64,000 nt of DNA from positions 9,116,001-9,180,000 of the forward strand of contig CM075992.1 of the NCBI GenBank assembly GCA_038087875.1, given 5' to 3'. The first letter of the stretch is position 1. Each line of letters starts with the position of its first letter. Below the pieces are notes generated by a model. The model ran no database searches and was not told where the DNA came from. It was given only the letters and a program-made list of their open reading frames with translations. This DNA is from Malacoraja senta. Lineage: Eukaryota. Below, in pieces: positions 39,030 to 50,089 of the stretch. Made by a program: the position numbers and the translations under genes.

Positions 39030-39703
39030 CTCCTCCCCCTTTAACTTGGAGGCAGGTAATACCATTTCTATTACATACCTAACACTCCTCCCCCTTTAAC
39101 TTGGAGGCAGGTAACACCATTTCTATTACACCGCACTCCACTTTTAACTCAATTTCACCTGCATGGTATATGCTCTTTATCTACATATCATTGATAATAC
39201 ACTGTTGCACATTGGTATTATTACTTAAACCAAATACATTACACCATGCTTTATGTGTTATCATTTTCTGGTTCATGTATTTGCTTTGTTTTCCTCTTTG
39301 TAGGTGGGATCTGACCCATGGCTGCAAGTTTTCGTTTTCTAGCAGCTTCCTCTGTTCAATTTCCATTCTCTGCTTATTTATCTGCTCTTGTTGTTTCATG
39401 AGATTCTGCAATGCATACCATTTGTCCATTGCTCAGTGAAGGAGGCTCCATGCTGGACTATAGTGAAGTGTCCTAATCGCAATCGGTCCTGCATACTTTT
39501 GTCTTGACCGACAAGCCTCTCTTCTTTAGACTTTTCTATTAGCAGCTTTCTACTCATTGTCACACATTTGTCTAACCTTTCTTTGTATCATTTAAGCCTT
39601 TTCTGTTGTTCATCTATTTGTCTTCTTAAGTCACCTTTCTGGTCTTCATCAAGAAGTAGGATCTATATTGTCTTTGCAATACAATACTGGCTTTGATTTG
39701 TGC

Positions 39704-40930
39704 TCAGTTTAGTTTTCTTGCTTCATAAGGAAGGTAGTGAGAGTGCACTACAATTGTTGTATAATTCAGTTTGAGGAAGTCTTTCCTATATCGTTTAAGC
39801 CTTTGGTATCGTTTCAGCCTTTTCTGTTGTTCATTTATTGGTCCACTTAAGTCACATCTCTGGTTCTTCATCACGAAGTAAGATCTATATTGTCTTTGCA
39901 ATACAACAGTGGCTTTGATTTGTGCTCTGTATAGTTTTCTTGTTTTATAAGCACGGTAGTGAGATTGCACTACAACTGCTGTATAATTCAGTTTGAGGAA
40001 GTCTTTCCTATATCGTTTAAGCCTTTTGTATCGTTTCAGCCTTTTCTGTTGTGCCTCTATTTGTCTTCTTAAGTCTTTCCTATACCAACTCATACGGAGT
40101 ACTGACTGAACTTTTACAGTAGCTCTCTTTTGCTTAACCCACTGCCTAATCACCATACTCTTGTAGGCAGCCTGAATGGTAATAGTTGCATCCCTCATTG
40201 ACTGATATTGCACAAACTGGGAACGCCCTATTTTGCATGCTTTGTACCATCTCTGGATCGAAATGACTGCTTGTTGCATAGCTCTGTAACGTACCCTTAA
40301 TCGGTAACCACGGTATGCAGCTTGCAGAATGACTACAGCCACCTTTTGCATCAAGAAATGCTTTCTTGTAATGCACATCCTTATGAATGACTTAATATGG
40401 CGTGCTGCCTTGATTTTCTCAAACAATACTCTGGTTTTGATCCCGCGGTATAACGCCTGAATACAAACCACTGCTTTTCTCAAACTATTATAATGTCTCA
40501 CTTGGACATTTCTTATCTGGCATGCTCTGTATCGTTGCTGTACCGCAATGGCAGACCAGCGTAGTTTCTTGAAATACTGACGCTGTTTATGCATCTGATA
40601 ATAAGTCTGTATGACCTTGGCAGATTTGTGCATGCACCGCAATTGCTTTCGAACAAGCATTCCTCGGTAGGCAGCCTGAAGCAGCACAACGCTGCTGCGT
40701 ACCTTCATGTAAGTTTTGCGATCACTTTCCATTTGAAGGTGTGCCCTATAATGGGTTTGTACTATTATAGCTGCCAATCTCATTGCCTTGTATTGACAGT
40801 ATACTCTGTGCATTCTAAATGCTGCTTGTATTACCATTGCTGCCTTCTGTTTGTTCCGGATCTCTCTCCATAGCTTCATACCCCTGAATTCAGCTTGAAT
40901 AGCTAGGGTTGCCCTCTGGATGGCAATGTC
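39704..40930 (-). CDS. ASPM: Captured ASPM IQ-repeat segment (open frame, ~400 aa)
   Basis: Serial IQ motifs (IQAEFRG, IQAAFRM, LQAAYRG, IQALYRG). IQRWYKACKIGRSQFVQYQSMRDATITIQAAY...VLQRQYRSYFVMKNQR is colinear with recalled human ASPM [32 protein letters not shown]...VLQNHYRAFLSAKHQR. This is a fragment, not the parental gene. Confidence 0.85.
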   Translation of the reverse strand, partial: DIAIQRATLAIQAEFRGMKLWREIRNKQKAAMVIQAAFRMHRVYCQYKAMRLAAIIVQTHYRAHLQMESDRKTYMKVRSSVVLLQAAYRGMLVRKQLRCMHKSAKVIQTYYQMHKQRQYFKKLRWSAIAVQQRYRACQIRNVQVRHYNSLRKAVVCIQALYRGIKTRVLFEKIKAARHIKSFIRMCITRKHFLMQKVAVVILQAAYRGYRLRVRYRAMQQAVISIQRWYKACKIGRSQFVQYQSMRDATITIQAAYKSMVIRQWVKQKRATVKVQSVLRMSWYRKDLRRQIEAQQKRLKRYKRLKRYRKDFLKLNYTAVVVQSHYRAYKTRKLYRAQIKATVVLQRQYRSYFVMKNQRCDLSGPINEQQKRLKRYQRLKRYRKDFLKLNYTTIVVHSHYLPYEARKLN

Positions 40931-41504
40931 CCTTTGCATTTGACTTCTGTCCTTTTGCACTTGACCTTTGTCTCTTTGCACTTGACCTTTTTTCTTTTGC
41001 ACTTGACCTTTGCACTTGACCTTTGTCCCTTTGCACTTGATATTTGTCCTTTTGCACTTGACCTTTGTCCTTTTGTACTTGACTTTTGTCCTTTTGCACT
41101 TGACCTTTGTCCTTTTGCACTTGACCTTTGTCCTTTTGCACTTGACCTTTGTCCTTTTGCACTTGACTTTTGTCACTTTGCACTTGACTTTTGTCCTTTG
41201 AGGTACTACCTGCACTCTTTAGTTCAGGCTCCTTGCCTCTGGATGCCCTTGGAGGTTTTGGTGAGAAATGAGCCATTAATGCCTCCTTACACTCCTTGTA
41301 CATTTTATCCGTGGGCTTTGCTGGCCGCAGCAACATATGTAAGGTGTGATAATCGTCTCTTCCTAAGACTAATATGAACCATGCTCTCTTCTTCTCCTCT
41401 GCAGTGATATCAATGGAAATGAACGAAACCAAGACTTCAGTCCATTTCTCAAAATTGCACCCAGAATCTAACTGGGGCAACTTTCCTACCATTTGAATAG
41501 CCAT
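40890..41504 (-). CDS. Truncated Gypsy gag N-terminal domain followed by (KDKGQVQ)n repeats
   Basis: MAIQMVGKLPQLD...ITAEEKKRAWFILVLGRDDYHTLHMLLRPAKPTDKMYKECKEALMAHFSPKP resembles the N-terminus of fish Gypsy gag (EEKKRA.LL...G...Y..L..L..PAKP..K.Y......L..H..PKP). Confidence 0.75.
   Translation of the reverse strand: MAIQMVGKLPQLDSGCNFEKWTEVLVSFISIDITAEEKKRAWFILVLGRDDYHTLHMLLRPAKPTDKMYKECKEALMAHFSPKPPRASRGKEPELKSAGSTSKDKSQVQSDKSQVQKDKGQVQKDKGQVQKDKGQVQKDKSQVQKDKGQVQKDKYQVQRDKGQVQRSSAKEKRSSAKRQRSSAKGQKSNAKGHCHPEGNPSYSS
40930..41200. repeat. 21-bp tandem array (TTGCACTTGACCTTTGTCCTT)n with one 13-bp short unit near 40997-41010
   Basis: Directly visible; about 13 units. Confidence 0.95.
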
Positions 41505-42965
41505 GCTACCTGTTGCTATTCAGGTGCACTATATTCTGTTCTCTCACTGTGTGAAAAAACCAACTGCGGCAATCTCCTGTACAGACAAAACACTGATTAC
41601 CCCAAGATGAGAAAACACAAATCTCCTGTACAGACAAAACACTGACTTCTCCAGGATAAGAAAATACAGTTCTGTATTAATTAGCTTTAGAAAAAAATCA
41701 CTGTCTATTACTTAATCTTATAATAGATTTATACTAATAACCCACATTTCATGTTAATAGCCCAACTAGAACATTTTAAACCATATTCCTTCAGAATGCA
41801 TTACAGGGCTTTTATTGCGACGGATTTCACCGGTCCAGCTTTTATTCTGATGGATTTCACCGCTCCAGCTTGTCGGCCTGTGAACTCTGGTGCATCCTCG
41901 ACCTCTCGAGCTGTCCCCACCGGTACCTTTGCTGCTGCTTTTGCTGGCTCTCCTCGGGCCTCACCGTTACTTTTAAACTCTGTCTCGGATTCTCCGGACC
42001 TCCGATGCTGCTGCTGGCTCAGCCGTTGCTGTTGCCTCCGCTGGCTCGCTGCCAAGTCGACTCCCGCTGCCCCGCTGACTTGCCTGCTGTCTCCCGTGGA
42101 CATCCTGTGGAAGGTAAGTTGCTGCTGCCGGTCCCCGCTGCTCCAAGCGTTGGGACTGTGCCCCGCCGTCGGGGGCTGGCTACGCCCTGTGCCCCGCTTC
42201 TCTCTCTCGTGGTCGGCTTTCTCCACTCTCGGCCTTCTCCCACGACCGGGGTTTCTCCACTCTCGGCCGTCTCCCGCGACCGGGCTTTCTCCACTCTCGA
42301 CCTTCTCCCGCGACCGGGCTTTCTCCGCTTTCTTCCCCGACCGGGCTGAATCTGCTCCCGACCGGGCTGAAGTGCTTGAGTGCTGTGTCCTGCTTCTCTT
42401 GCGCGGACCCACTCTTCGCTTGGGGCCGGACTTCCTCTCACGTCCGGGCTTTCCCCGCTCTCGACCGTCTCTTGCGACCGGGCTTTCTCGGCTTCTCTCG
42501 CGGGCCTGTCCGCTTTTCCACTCACGGTCGGGCTGACTCTGCTCCCGACCGGGCTTTCTCTGCTTTCTCCCCCGGGCTGACTGTTCCCGGCCGGGCTGAA
42601 GACTCAGCTTCTGTCGGTGGCTTCTCTGGACCTGTCCGTGGCCTTCACGGTACGAGGCCTTCATCCGACGTCTGTGGCTGCTGCTTGGGCCTGGCTGTGG
42701 GCTGCACAGCCCTGGATACATTCCAGGTAAGTTGACACCGTCGCTCCTAGCTTCCAGCTGTGCTCGGTGACCCTTACTGCCTTGCTTGTCTTCACTGCAC
42801 TCTTCCCGTTCCGACCTTTTTTTTCTTTTTGGCGCCAATTCAAAACCATTTGCCGCCAAATCTTTTTGCTTGGTGCTGTTCCACTTTGTTTTCAAATACA
42901 ACCTCTATTTTTAACTTGTTTTCATTTTTCTTGGCTGTCCTTGTTCTTATCTTCTTCGTTCTTTT

Positions 42966-42978
42966 ATCCTCGTCGCCA
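42966..42978 (-). other. Primer-binding site complementary to the 3' end of tRNA-Ser(GCU)
   Basis: TGGCGACGAGGAT, 2 nt inside the 5' LTR; complementary to the recalled tRNA-Ser(GCU) end ...AUCCUCGUCGCCA. Confidence 0.75.
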
Positions 42979-42980
42979 AT

Positions 42981-43158
42981 TGTTGTGTATTTGGATGCTT
43001 GGAACAGACTTTAATAAGGCTCGGACACGGGAGTAAACTAACAAGCTTCTTTATTCCAGGACGCCACCTTGAGACTCCCCCGCACATGCGTACTTGCACC
43101 ACATCACAAGACATCACATATACTAATTACATATGCTAATTATATCACATACCTAACA
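42981..43158 (-). repeat. 5' LTR
   Basis: Direct repeat of 38852-39029, adjacent to the PBS; contains AATAAA on the minus strand. Confidence 0.95.
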
Positions 43159-43327
43159 GAATGTGTGAAGGTCCAAAACTCGTATCCTTAAGTACAAGAT
43201 GGTTAATTGTCATGTAGAACATTAGGCAGCAATGTGTATACTCAAAGTGGTGAGAATAAGGAACTTGTTACCTAATAAATTGGTTGAGCCAAAAACGTAG
43301 ATCTTTTCATTATAAAATTATCAAATA

Positions 43328-46300
43328 CATTTTTTTTTAAATTTTTTAATTTTTATTTATTAGAAGTACATTACATTAGAACTACATACATTAGTACTCG
43401 TCACATATATCTTCGTACAATTAATGTACTCCGTTTGTTTTTTACACTAGTAAAGGGAAAGGATGAAATTGAGAGAAAGAAGAAAGTGAAGGAAAAAGTG
43501 AATGTGTAGAAAACATGACAACAAGAAAGAACGAAGACCCTATAAGAACAAAATTAAAAACAAAAGAAAAAGAGTTAAGAAATAGACCCTAGAAAAGAAG
43601 AAGAAAGAGAAAGAGGGAAAAGAGAAAAACAAATAGTTTTTGTAAGCATCACGCAAATGGGACATACCAACTCTCCAACTTTCATCCCCCCTTACCTGAC
43701 CTCAGTTTGTTTTTTTAAGGTACTTTTGCACCCTATATTTGTAATAATTCTATAAATGCAGACCACGTCAGGTGGAAGTGATCTGGTTTACCTGCCAGGA
43801 GGAGTCTTATCTCTTCTAGGTGTAATGTTTCGAACATATTTGAAATCCACATGTTTATAGCTGGTATTGGAGCCTGTTTCCAAAATTTTAGGATTAGCTT
43901 TTTTCCAGTTATTAACCCATAGTCTATTAGTTTCTTTTGGAACACATTTAGTTCTGGACCATCTTCCGTTATTCTGAAGATAATCCATTCTGCTTTGGGT
44001 ATCAGTTTTATTTTAAATAATTTTGTAAAGATTTCAAAATTTTCAATCCAAAATTTTTGAATTTTTGTACAGAAAACAAATGAGTGCGCTGTAGTAGCTT
44101 CTTGGGATTGACATTTATCACAAATGGATGATACATTGGGGAACATTTTATGGATTTTAGTTTTGGAATAATATAATCTAAGTAAGATTTTAAATTGTAT
44201 TAAAATGTGTCTTGCATTAATCGAACATTTATGCACGTTTAATAAGTGTTCATTCCACCTTTCCTTTGAGATTTTAATAGCTAATTCTTGTTCCCAGTCT
44301 CTTCTGATACCCTCCGTAGATGGTATTTCTACATTTAAGATAATATTATACAAATATGATATTAAGTTTGCTGATTCAGCTTTTATCTGCATTGCATCAT
44401 CCAATACATCTGCTGGGCTATTATAATGATCTTTTGTATATTTTTTCAAATAGTCGCATATTTGAAAATATTTAAAATATTGATTATTTACGAGTTTATA
44501 TTTTATTTGTAATTGTTGAAATGAAAGTAATTTTCCAGTTTCATACAAGTCACCGAACGTTTTAATTCCTAGTCTATCCCAGTGTGTGAAAGATTTATCT
44601 ATAATAGAGGGATTAAACGAAGGGTTATTAACTATGGGAGATAAAAAGTGATAGATTTCATAATTTTAAATTTTGTTTTATTTGTTTCCAAATTCGGATT
44701 GTGCTATGTATAATTGGGTTCTTATTATAATTTATGTTATTCAGTTTCATTGGTGAGAGGAGGATCGCTCCAATGTTTCCAGAGGAGCAATCCTCTCTCC
44801 ATTACAATCCAGTCCACTTGCTGGGCAGAGTTATCCATCAGTTGAATCATATTTTTAATATTTACTGACCAATAATAATACATGAAATTAGGTAATGCTA
44901 AATCCCCTAATACTTTAGGTTTATTCAAGTGAGTTTTTTGTATTCTATGTGATTTATAGTCCCATATAAAATTAGTGATTTCTGAGTCCAGTTTTTTTTT
45001 AAACTTCTTTGGTAAGTATATAGGAATCAATTGGAATAGGTATAAAATTTGTGGTAGAAAGATCATTTTTATTGCATTTATTCGGCCTATTAAAGACATC
45101 GGGAGCGTTTTCCAAAATTTAATTAGTGTGTTTAATTTATTAAGTAGGGGATCAAAATTTGCTTTAAACATACCTTGATATGTTCTAGTAATTTCGATTC
45201 CCAAGTATTTGAATTTTTCTGTAGCTATTTTAAAAGGGAATTTTAAAAGATGTGTTGAATCTTTCGGTTTTATTGACATAATTTCACTTTTATTCCAATT
45301 TATTCTGTATCCAGAAAAAGATCCAAAGTCTTCAATTAAATTTAATATATTTGGTATAGTAATTTGAGGTTTTGTAATGTACAGTAATATATCATCCGCG
45401 TATAAAGATATTTTATTATTTGAATCTTTAGTATTATACCCATGGATATCAGGGTGTATTCTAATTTTTTCTGCTAACGGTTCAATAATAAGAGCAAACA
45501 ACTGTGGTGATAATGAGCATCCTTGTCTATTTCCCCTTGATAGTTGAAATTTCGAGGATAATATGTTATTAGTTAGTATTCTAGCTGTAGGTTTATTATA
45601 TAATAATTTAATCCATAGAATAAAATTCTCTCCCAGTTGGAATTTTTGTAATACTTTATCCATATAATTCCATTCTACTTGGTCAAATGCTTTTTCAGCA
45701 TCCAGCGAAATAATTGATAATTCTTGTTCTTCAGATTTGTGTGAGTGCATTATGTTGAGTAAACGTCTCATATTGTTAGATGAGTATCTCTTAGGGATAA
45801 ACCCCGTCTGATCTGGGTTTATTAGTTTACTAATATATTTACTTAATCTTCTAGCTAATGTTTTTGCTAATATTTTTTGATCTGTGTTTAACAATGCTAT
45901 AGCTCTATATGAACCCAGTTCTTATATATCTTTGTCTTTCTTAAGTATTAGTGTAATCGTTGATTCCGCTAATGTATCAGGTAGTATTTGTTTTTTAAAA
46001 GCATATTGGTACATTTTTTGTAATCTTGGTATAATTTTGTCATAGAAGCTTTTATAAAATTCATTAGTAAATCCATCAGGACCTGGTGTTTTTCCATTCT
46101 TTAGTGAGTTTATTGTATCTTCTAATTCCTTAATTGAGATTTGTGCACCCAATTCCTCTTGTTCCTTCAACTCTAACTTTGGAAGATTACAATTATCCAA
46201 AAACTCTGTGATTTTATTGGAGTCAGTTGTCGTTTTAGATGTATACAAATTCTCATAAAATTGCGCAAATCTTTTATTAATATCCTTCGGTATGGTTAAT

Positions 46301-48110
46301 AATTCCCCTTTATATGATTTAATCTTTGGGATCGTATGTTCTTTTTCTCGTTTTTTAGCTGGCGAGCCAAAAGTTTATGCGGTTTATCCCCAAATTCAAA
46401 GTGCTCTTGTTTTGTAATTTGAAAAAGTCTTATAAATTTGGCCGATAATAGTTTATTTAATTTACATTTCAAAATTATTATTTTATTATGTTTATCTATT
46501 GATGGATCTTTAGCATTATCTATATCCATTTGTCTAATAAGTTCTTCTAACTGTCTTTGTTCATTCTTATTCTTTTTATTTTGAAAAGCTTGATATGAAA
46601 TTATAATACCCCTGATGTATGCTTTAAAAGATTCCCATAATACAGTAGGCGATATATCTGGAGTGTCATTTATTTTTAAAAAGTCATCCATTTGTTCTTT
46701 TAAATATATGCTCGCTTGTGGATCTTTTAGGATTTGAGAATTAAATCTCGAAAACGATTTATTCTTAGACATTCCTTCCAGTTTTAAAAATAAAGTTAAT
46801 GGTGAATGATCTGAAATCGAATTTGTATGGTATATTGGGTTAAAAGTATAAGGGATTAATTTTGTATCCACCAGGAAATAGTCTATACGTGAGTATGTTT
46901 TGTGTACCATTGAATAAAACGAGTATTCCCTGCCAGTTGGATTACCAATTCTCCATACATCTGCTATATTAGTATTGTTTATGTAAGTATTGAGAAGTTC
47001 ACCGGTTTTAGATTTCATATTCCCTCTCTGTTTTTGGCTTGATTTATCTAAATACGGATCTAAAACACAGTTAAAGTCTCCTCCTATTATAACATTTTGA
47101 TAGTTAGACTCTGCAATTATGTTCAAAATTTTATTTTAAAAATGAGGGTTGTCAAAGTTAGGCGCATATATATTTACCAAGGTAATTGGAGTATCATGAA
47201 TTTCTCCATTAACTATTAAGTATCTCCCTTCGATGTCTGTTATGATATTCTTTGCTTTAAATGGTATACCTTTTCTTATAATGATTGCCGTACCTCTAGA
47301 TTTCGAAGTAAATGAAGAATGGTATGTTTGACCTATCCATTTCGCCCTCAACCTAGCTTGATCCTGAGATTTTAAATGCGTTTCTTGTAAGAAGATAATG
47401 TCAGCGTTGTACAGTTTCAGCTGAGCTAGTATCTTACCCCTTTTAATAGGTTCGTTAATACCTCTTATATTCCAACTACAGAATAAGATTCCTCCTAGGT
47501 TCTTTTGCTTAGCATCTTGCATTTTGAATAATTATAGTACCTTTAAATATTGTGGTGCATCCATATCCCAGGTCTTTGGGTATTGGGGGAACTTTTGAAT
47601 TTCTAAGTTTTGTTGGTATATCCCTTTTACGCTTATCACTAAACACAAAACACAAACATGTGAGTTTATGTGATAATTTAAAAAAAACTAAAAAAGTGAA
47701 AATACAGTGTCTAATATAGTCGGCACTGTAGCAAGTGGCCCACCTGTAGGTGGGAAAAAACCTTGTTTCGACCTCCATTGTGATGTTAAACAAATAGCTC
47801 CGCTCTCTTGGTTAATCATAACATATTAAAATATTAAAACGGGGCCTCACATTCAAATATATAATACAATTTTACCCTATATATTTCATTATAACATATC
47901 ATGTATATATCGCAATTTTAGCTACTAATTATTAAACAGATATTTTTGACTTCCATAATGGTCAGCTGTTTGTTGAAGGGGTTAACGAGACGTGCCCCTG
48001 GACCTAAGCCAGGTGCTCGTTTCTCATCCACTCCTCCCAATTATAGATAAGGTTTAAATTTGTTAAAAATTCGTATTAGTATGTTAGTTCATTATTTTTT
48101 ATTTTTATTT
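43328..48110 (-). mobile_element. L1 LINE, non-inverted part: inter-ORF region, ORF2 (EN/RT/C-terminal domain; frameshifted), 3' UTR and poly(A)
   Basis: SWNIRG, FLQETHL, NIYAPN, GGDFN, SRIDY, SDH, KTPGPDG, LDAEKAFD, RGNRQGCSLSP and LYADD motifs across ORFs from 47522 to 43733; T-rich tail at 43330. Confidence 0.95.
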
Positions 48111-49679
48111 ATTCCGGTGGCGCCATGTTGGATTAACAGACGTGCACCTAGCTCCGCTCCCGAAAAATTTCACGATTTATCGTGTAAAACGCGTCCATAA
48201 ATCGGGACTGGATTTAAAAACCTTACCGGAGCTTCTGGTCACCGGGCTGATGACGTCATCAGTAAGCGCGATGTTTTAAACGGTGGTTTAAAGCCTTTTA
48301 AATGAGTAAACTGTCTCCAGCCAAGAGCCCTCAGAGATCAATGAAAAAGCTGCTGAGAAACCAGAAGAAGCCTGAAGGAGAAGTTACCTCTGAAGTTTTT
48401 GAAGTGGCTGCAGAAATGGATACAAGATCTAAGACAGAGTCTGGTAAGGACAAAGAGTTTGATGACTTGAAGAAATCTGTGAATGATATGAAAGATATGA
48501 AAGATGAGATTTTGAATGAAAATAAAACTCTGATGGAAAATATGGGAAATATGATGGAAAAAATGGAAACGATGATGAAGGATTCAAATGCTGGTAATCA
48601 GAAGGCTATTGATGCTAGTAATCAGAAGGTGATTGATTCACTGGACACTATAAATAAACGAATTGATGATGTGAAAGATGGACTATCGGAGAGAATGGAC
48701 AAGATGGATGAAACTACTACGGACAGGTTCACGGCTGTGCTTGAAACAGTAGCTGCCAGTATGCGCACAATTACGGAATTGGAGAAAAATACGGCTCGAG
48801 TGGTTGAAGACATGGCGAAAATGAGGCAAGAATATGAGCAAATGAAGCAAGAAAATGAACAAACTTCACTACAGATGGTGATTCAACTCAGACAAATGCC
48901 TGGACCTGGAAGCTCGCTCTAGACGCCAGAATTTGAGAATTCTTGGAGTCTCAGAGGGAGCCGAGGGGAAGGACGTTCGTGAGTTTGCCATGGGTTTACT
49001 TAAACAACTGCTTAATCTTTCCAAAGAACCGAAAATTGAAGTGGCTCATCGTGTTCCAAGATTTAAACAGAGATCTGATGCTGGAAAAAGTCACCCACGA
49101 CATATTATTGTGAAATTTCGGGATATTTTAGAACTGGAAGATGTTATGAGCAAAATCAAGTACGGAGTGCAGCTGCGGGTGGACAATGACATTATCAAGA
49201 TATTCAGGGACTATCCGTATGAAATTGTGCAAAAGAGAAACCAATTTGGGAAGGTTAAAGATCTTTTAAGAGGGAAACAAGGGATCAGATACGGGGTTTT
49301 TTATCCAGCTAAAATGCGTATTTCTCTCAAGGGTTCTGAAAAGTCATTTGCAAAACCAGAAGATGCGTTCAAATATGCCCAGAGTATCGTTGAAAAATAG
49401 AAATTAAATGGAGGTTTGGCAGATCTGAACCATTCCAAGCAATGTTTTGTCTTGGGATGGCTAGACTGTTATCTATGGAACTTTGAATCAAGGACACTCT
49501 CTGTTCAAAATGAGTGAACAGCTGAACAGAAATGAATGGTATATACCAGAAGCATTATCTGTGTAATAGACTACAATATTAAATCCAATCGTAAGAACTT
49601 ATCCTATTAACAACTTAATAAGTTATTCATGTTAGATTAGAATGCTTACAAAAATTTAATTTTTTTTTTTTTTTTTTTT
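48111..49679 (+). mobile_element. L1 LINE, inverted 5' part: 5' UTR and ORF1 (48302-49400, one frameshift)
   Basis: Coiled coil followed by LEARSRRQNLRILGVSEGAEG...IEVAHRV...PRHIIVKF...IKIFRDY...YPAKMRI (L1 ORF1p). Shares the TSD AATTATCAAATA (43316-43327 / 49680-49691) with the ORF2 part. Confidence 0.9.
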
Positions 49680-50089
49680 AATTATCAAATAAATTAAAGG
49701 GGTTATAAAACTTCAATGATAAGATCAGGTTGTTACTTCCTGGAGTTGTGAAGACTGAGAGATCTAATTAATCTTATTGGGGGCTTGACAATGGATATAG
49801 AGAAGGTGTATCCACTGGTGGGGTGATCTGGCACTCAGGAACTTTGTCTCAGGAGAGGACACGCTTTTAAGACTGAATCGAGAAACATTTATTCTCTATA
49901 ATAATTGTAAACTTGTGGAATTCTCCACCTCACAAATGCTGTCATTAAATATACTCAACACCAGGGTCAATTATGCTACAGAGGAATCATAGGTTGTGAG
50001 GAATCAGACAAAAAAAGTGTGGTTGAGGTCAATAATTAGGACAACCAAGGTTTTGAGCAGAGAAGCAGACACGAGAGGCTATAATGACT

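Larger units (their letters stand above)
38852..43158 (-). mobile_element. Non-autonomous Gypsy-type LTR retrotransposon carrying a captured ASPM fragment
   Basis: 178-bp TG...CA LTRs at 38852-39029 and 42981-43158 (2 mismatches); TSD GAATG; PBS TGGCGACGAGGAT (42966-42978, minus); PPT AAAGGGGGAGGAG (39030-39042, minus); gag N-terminus present; no protease, RT or integrase. Confidence 0.95.

Noticed and set aside
40930..41200. CRISPR-like array
   Set aside because: Contiguous 21-bp tandem units without unique spacers, in eukaryotic DNA.
39704..41215. The authentic ASPM gene
   Set aside because: Only part of the IQ array is present, with no other ASPM exons or CH domains, and it is enclosed by LTRs with PBS, PPT and TSD.
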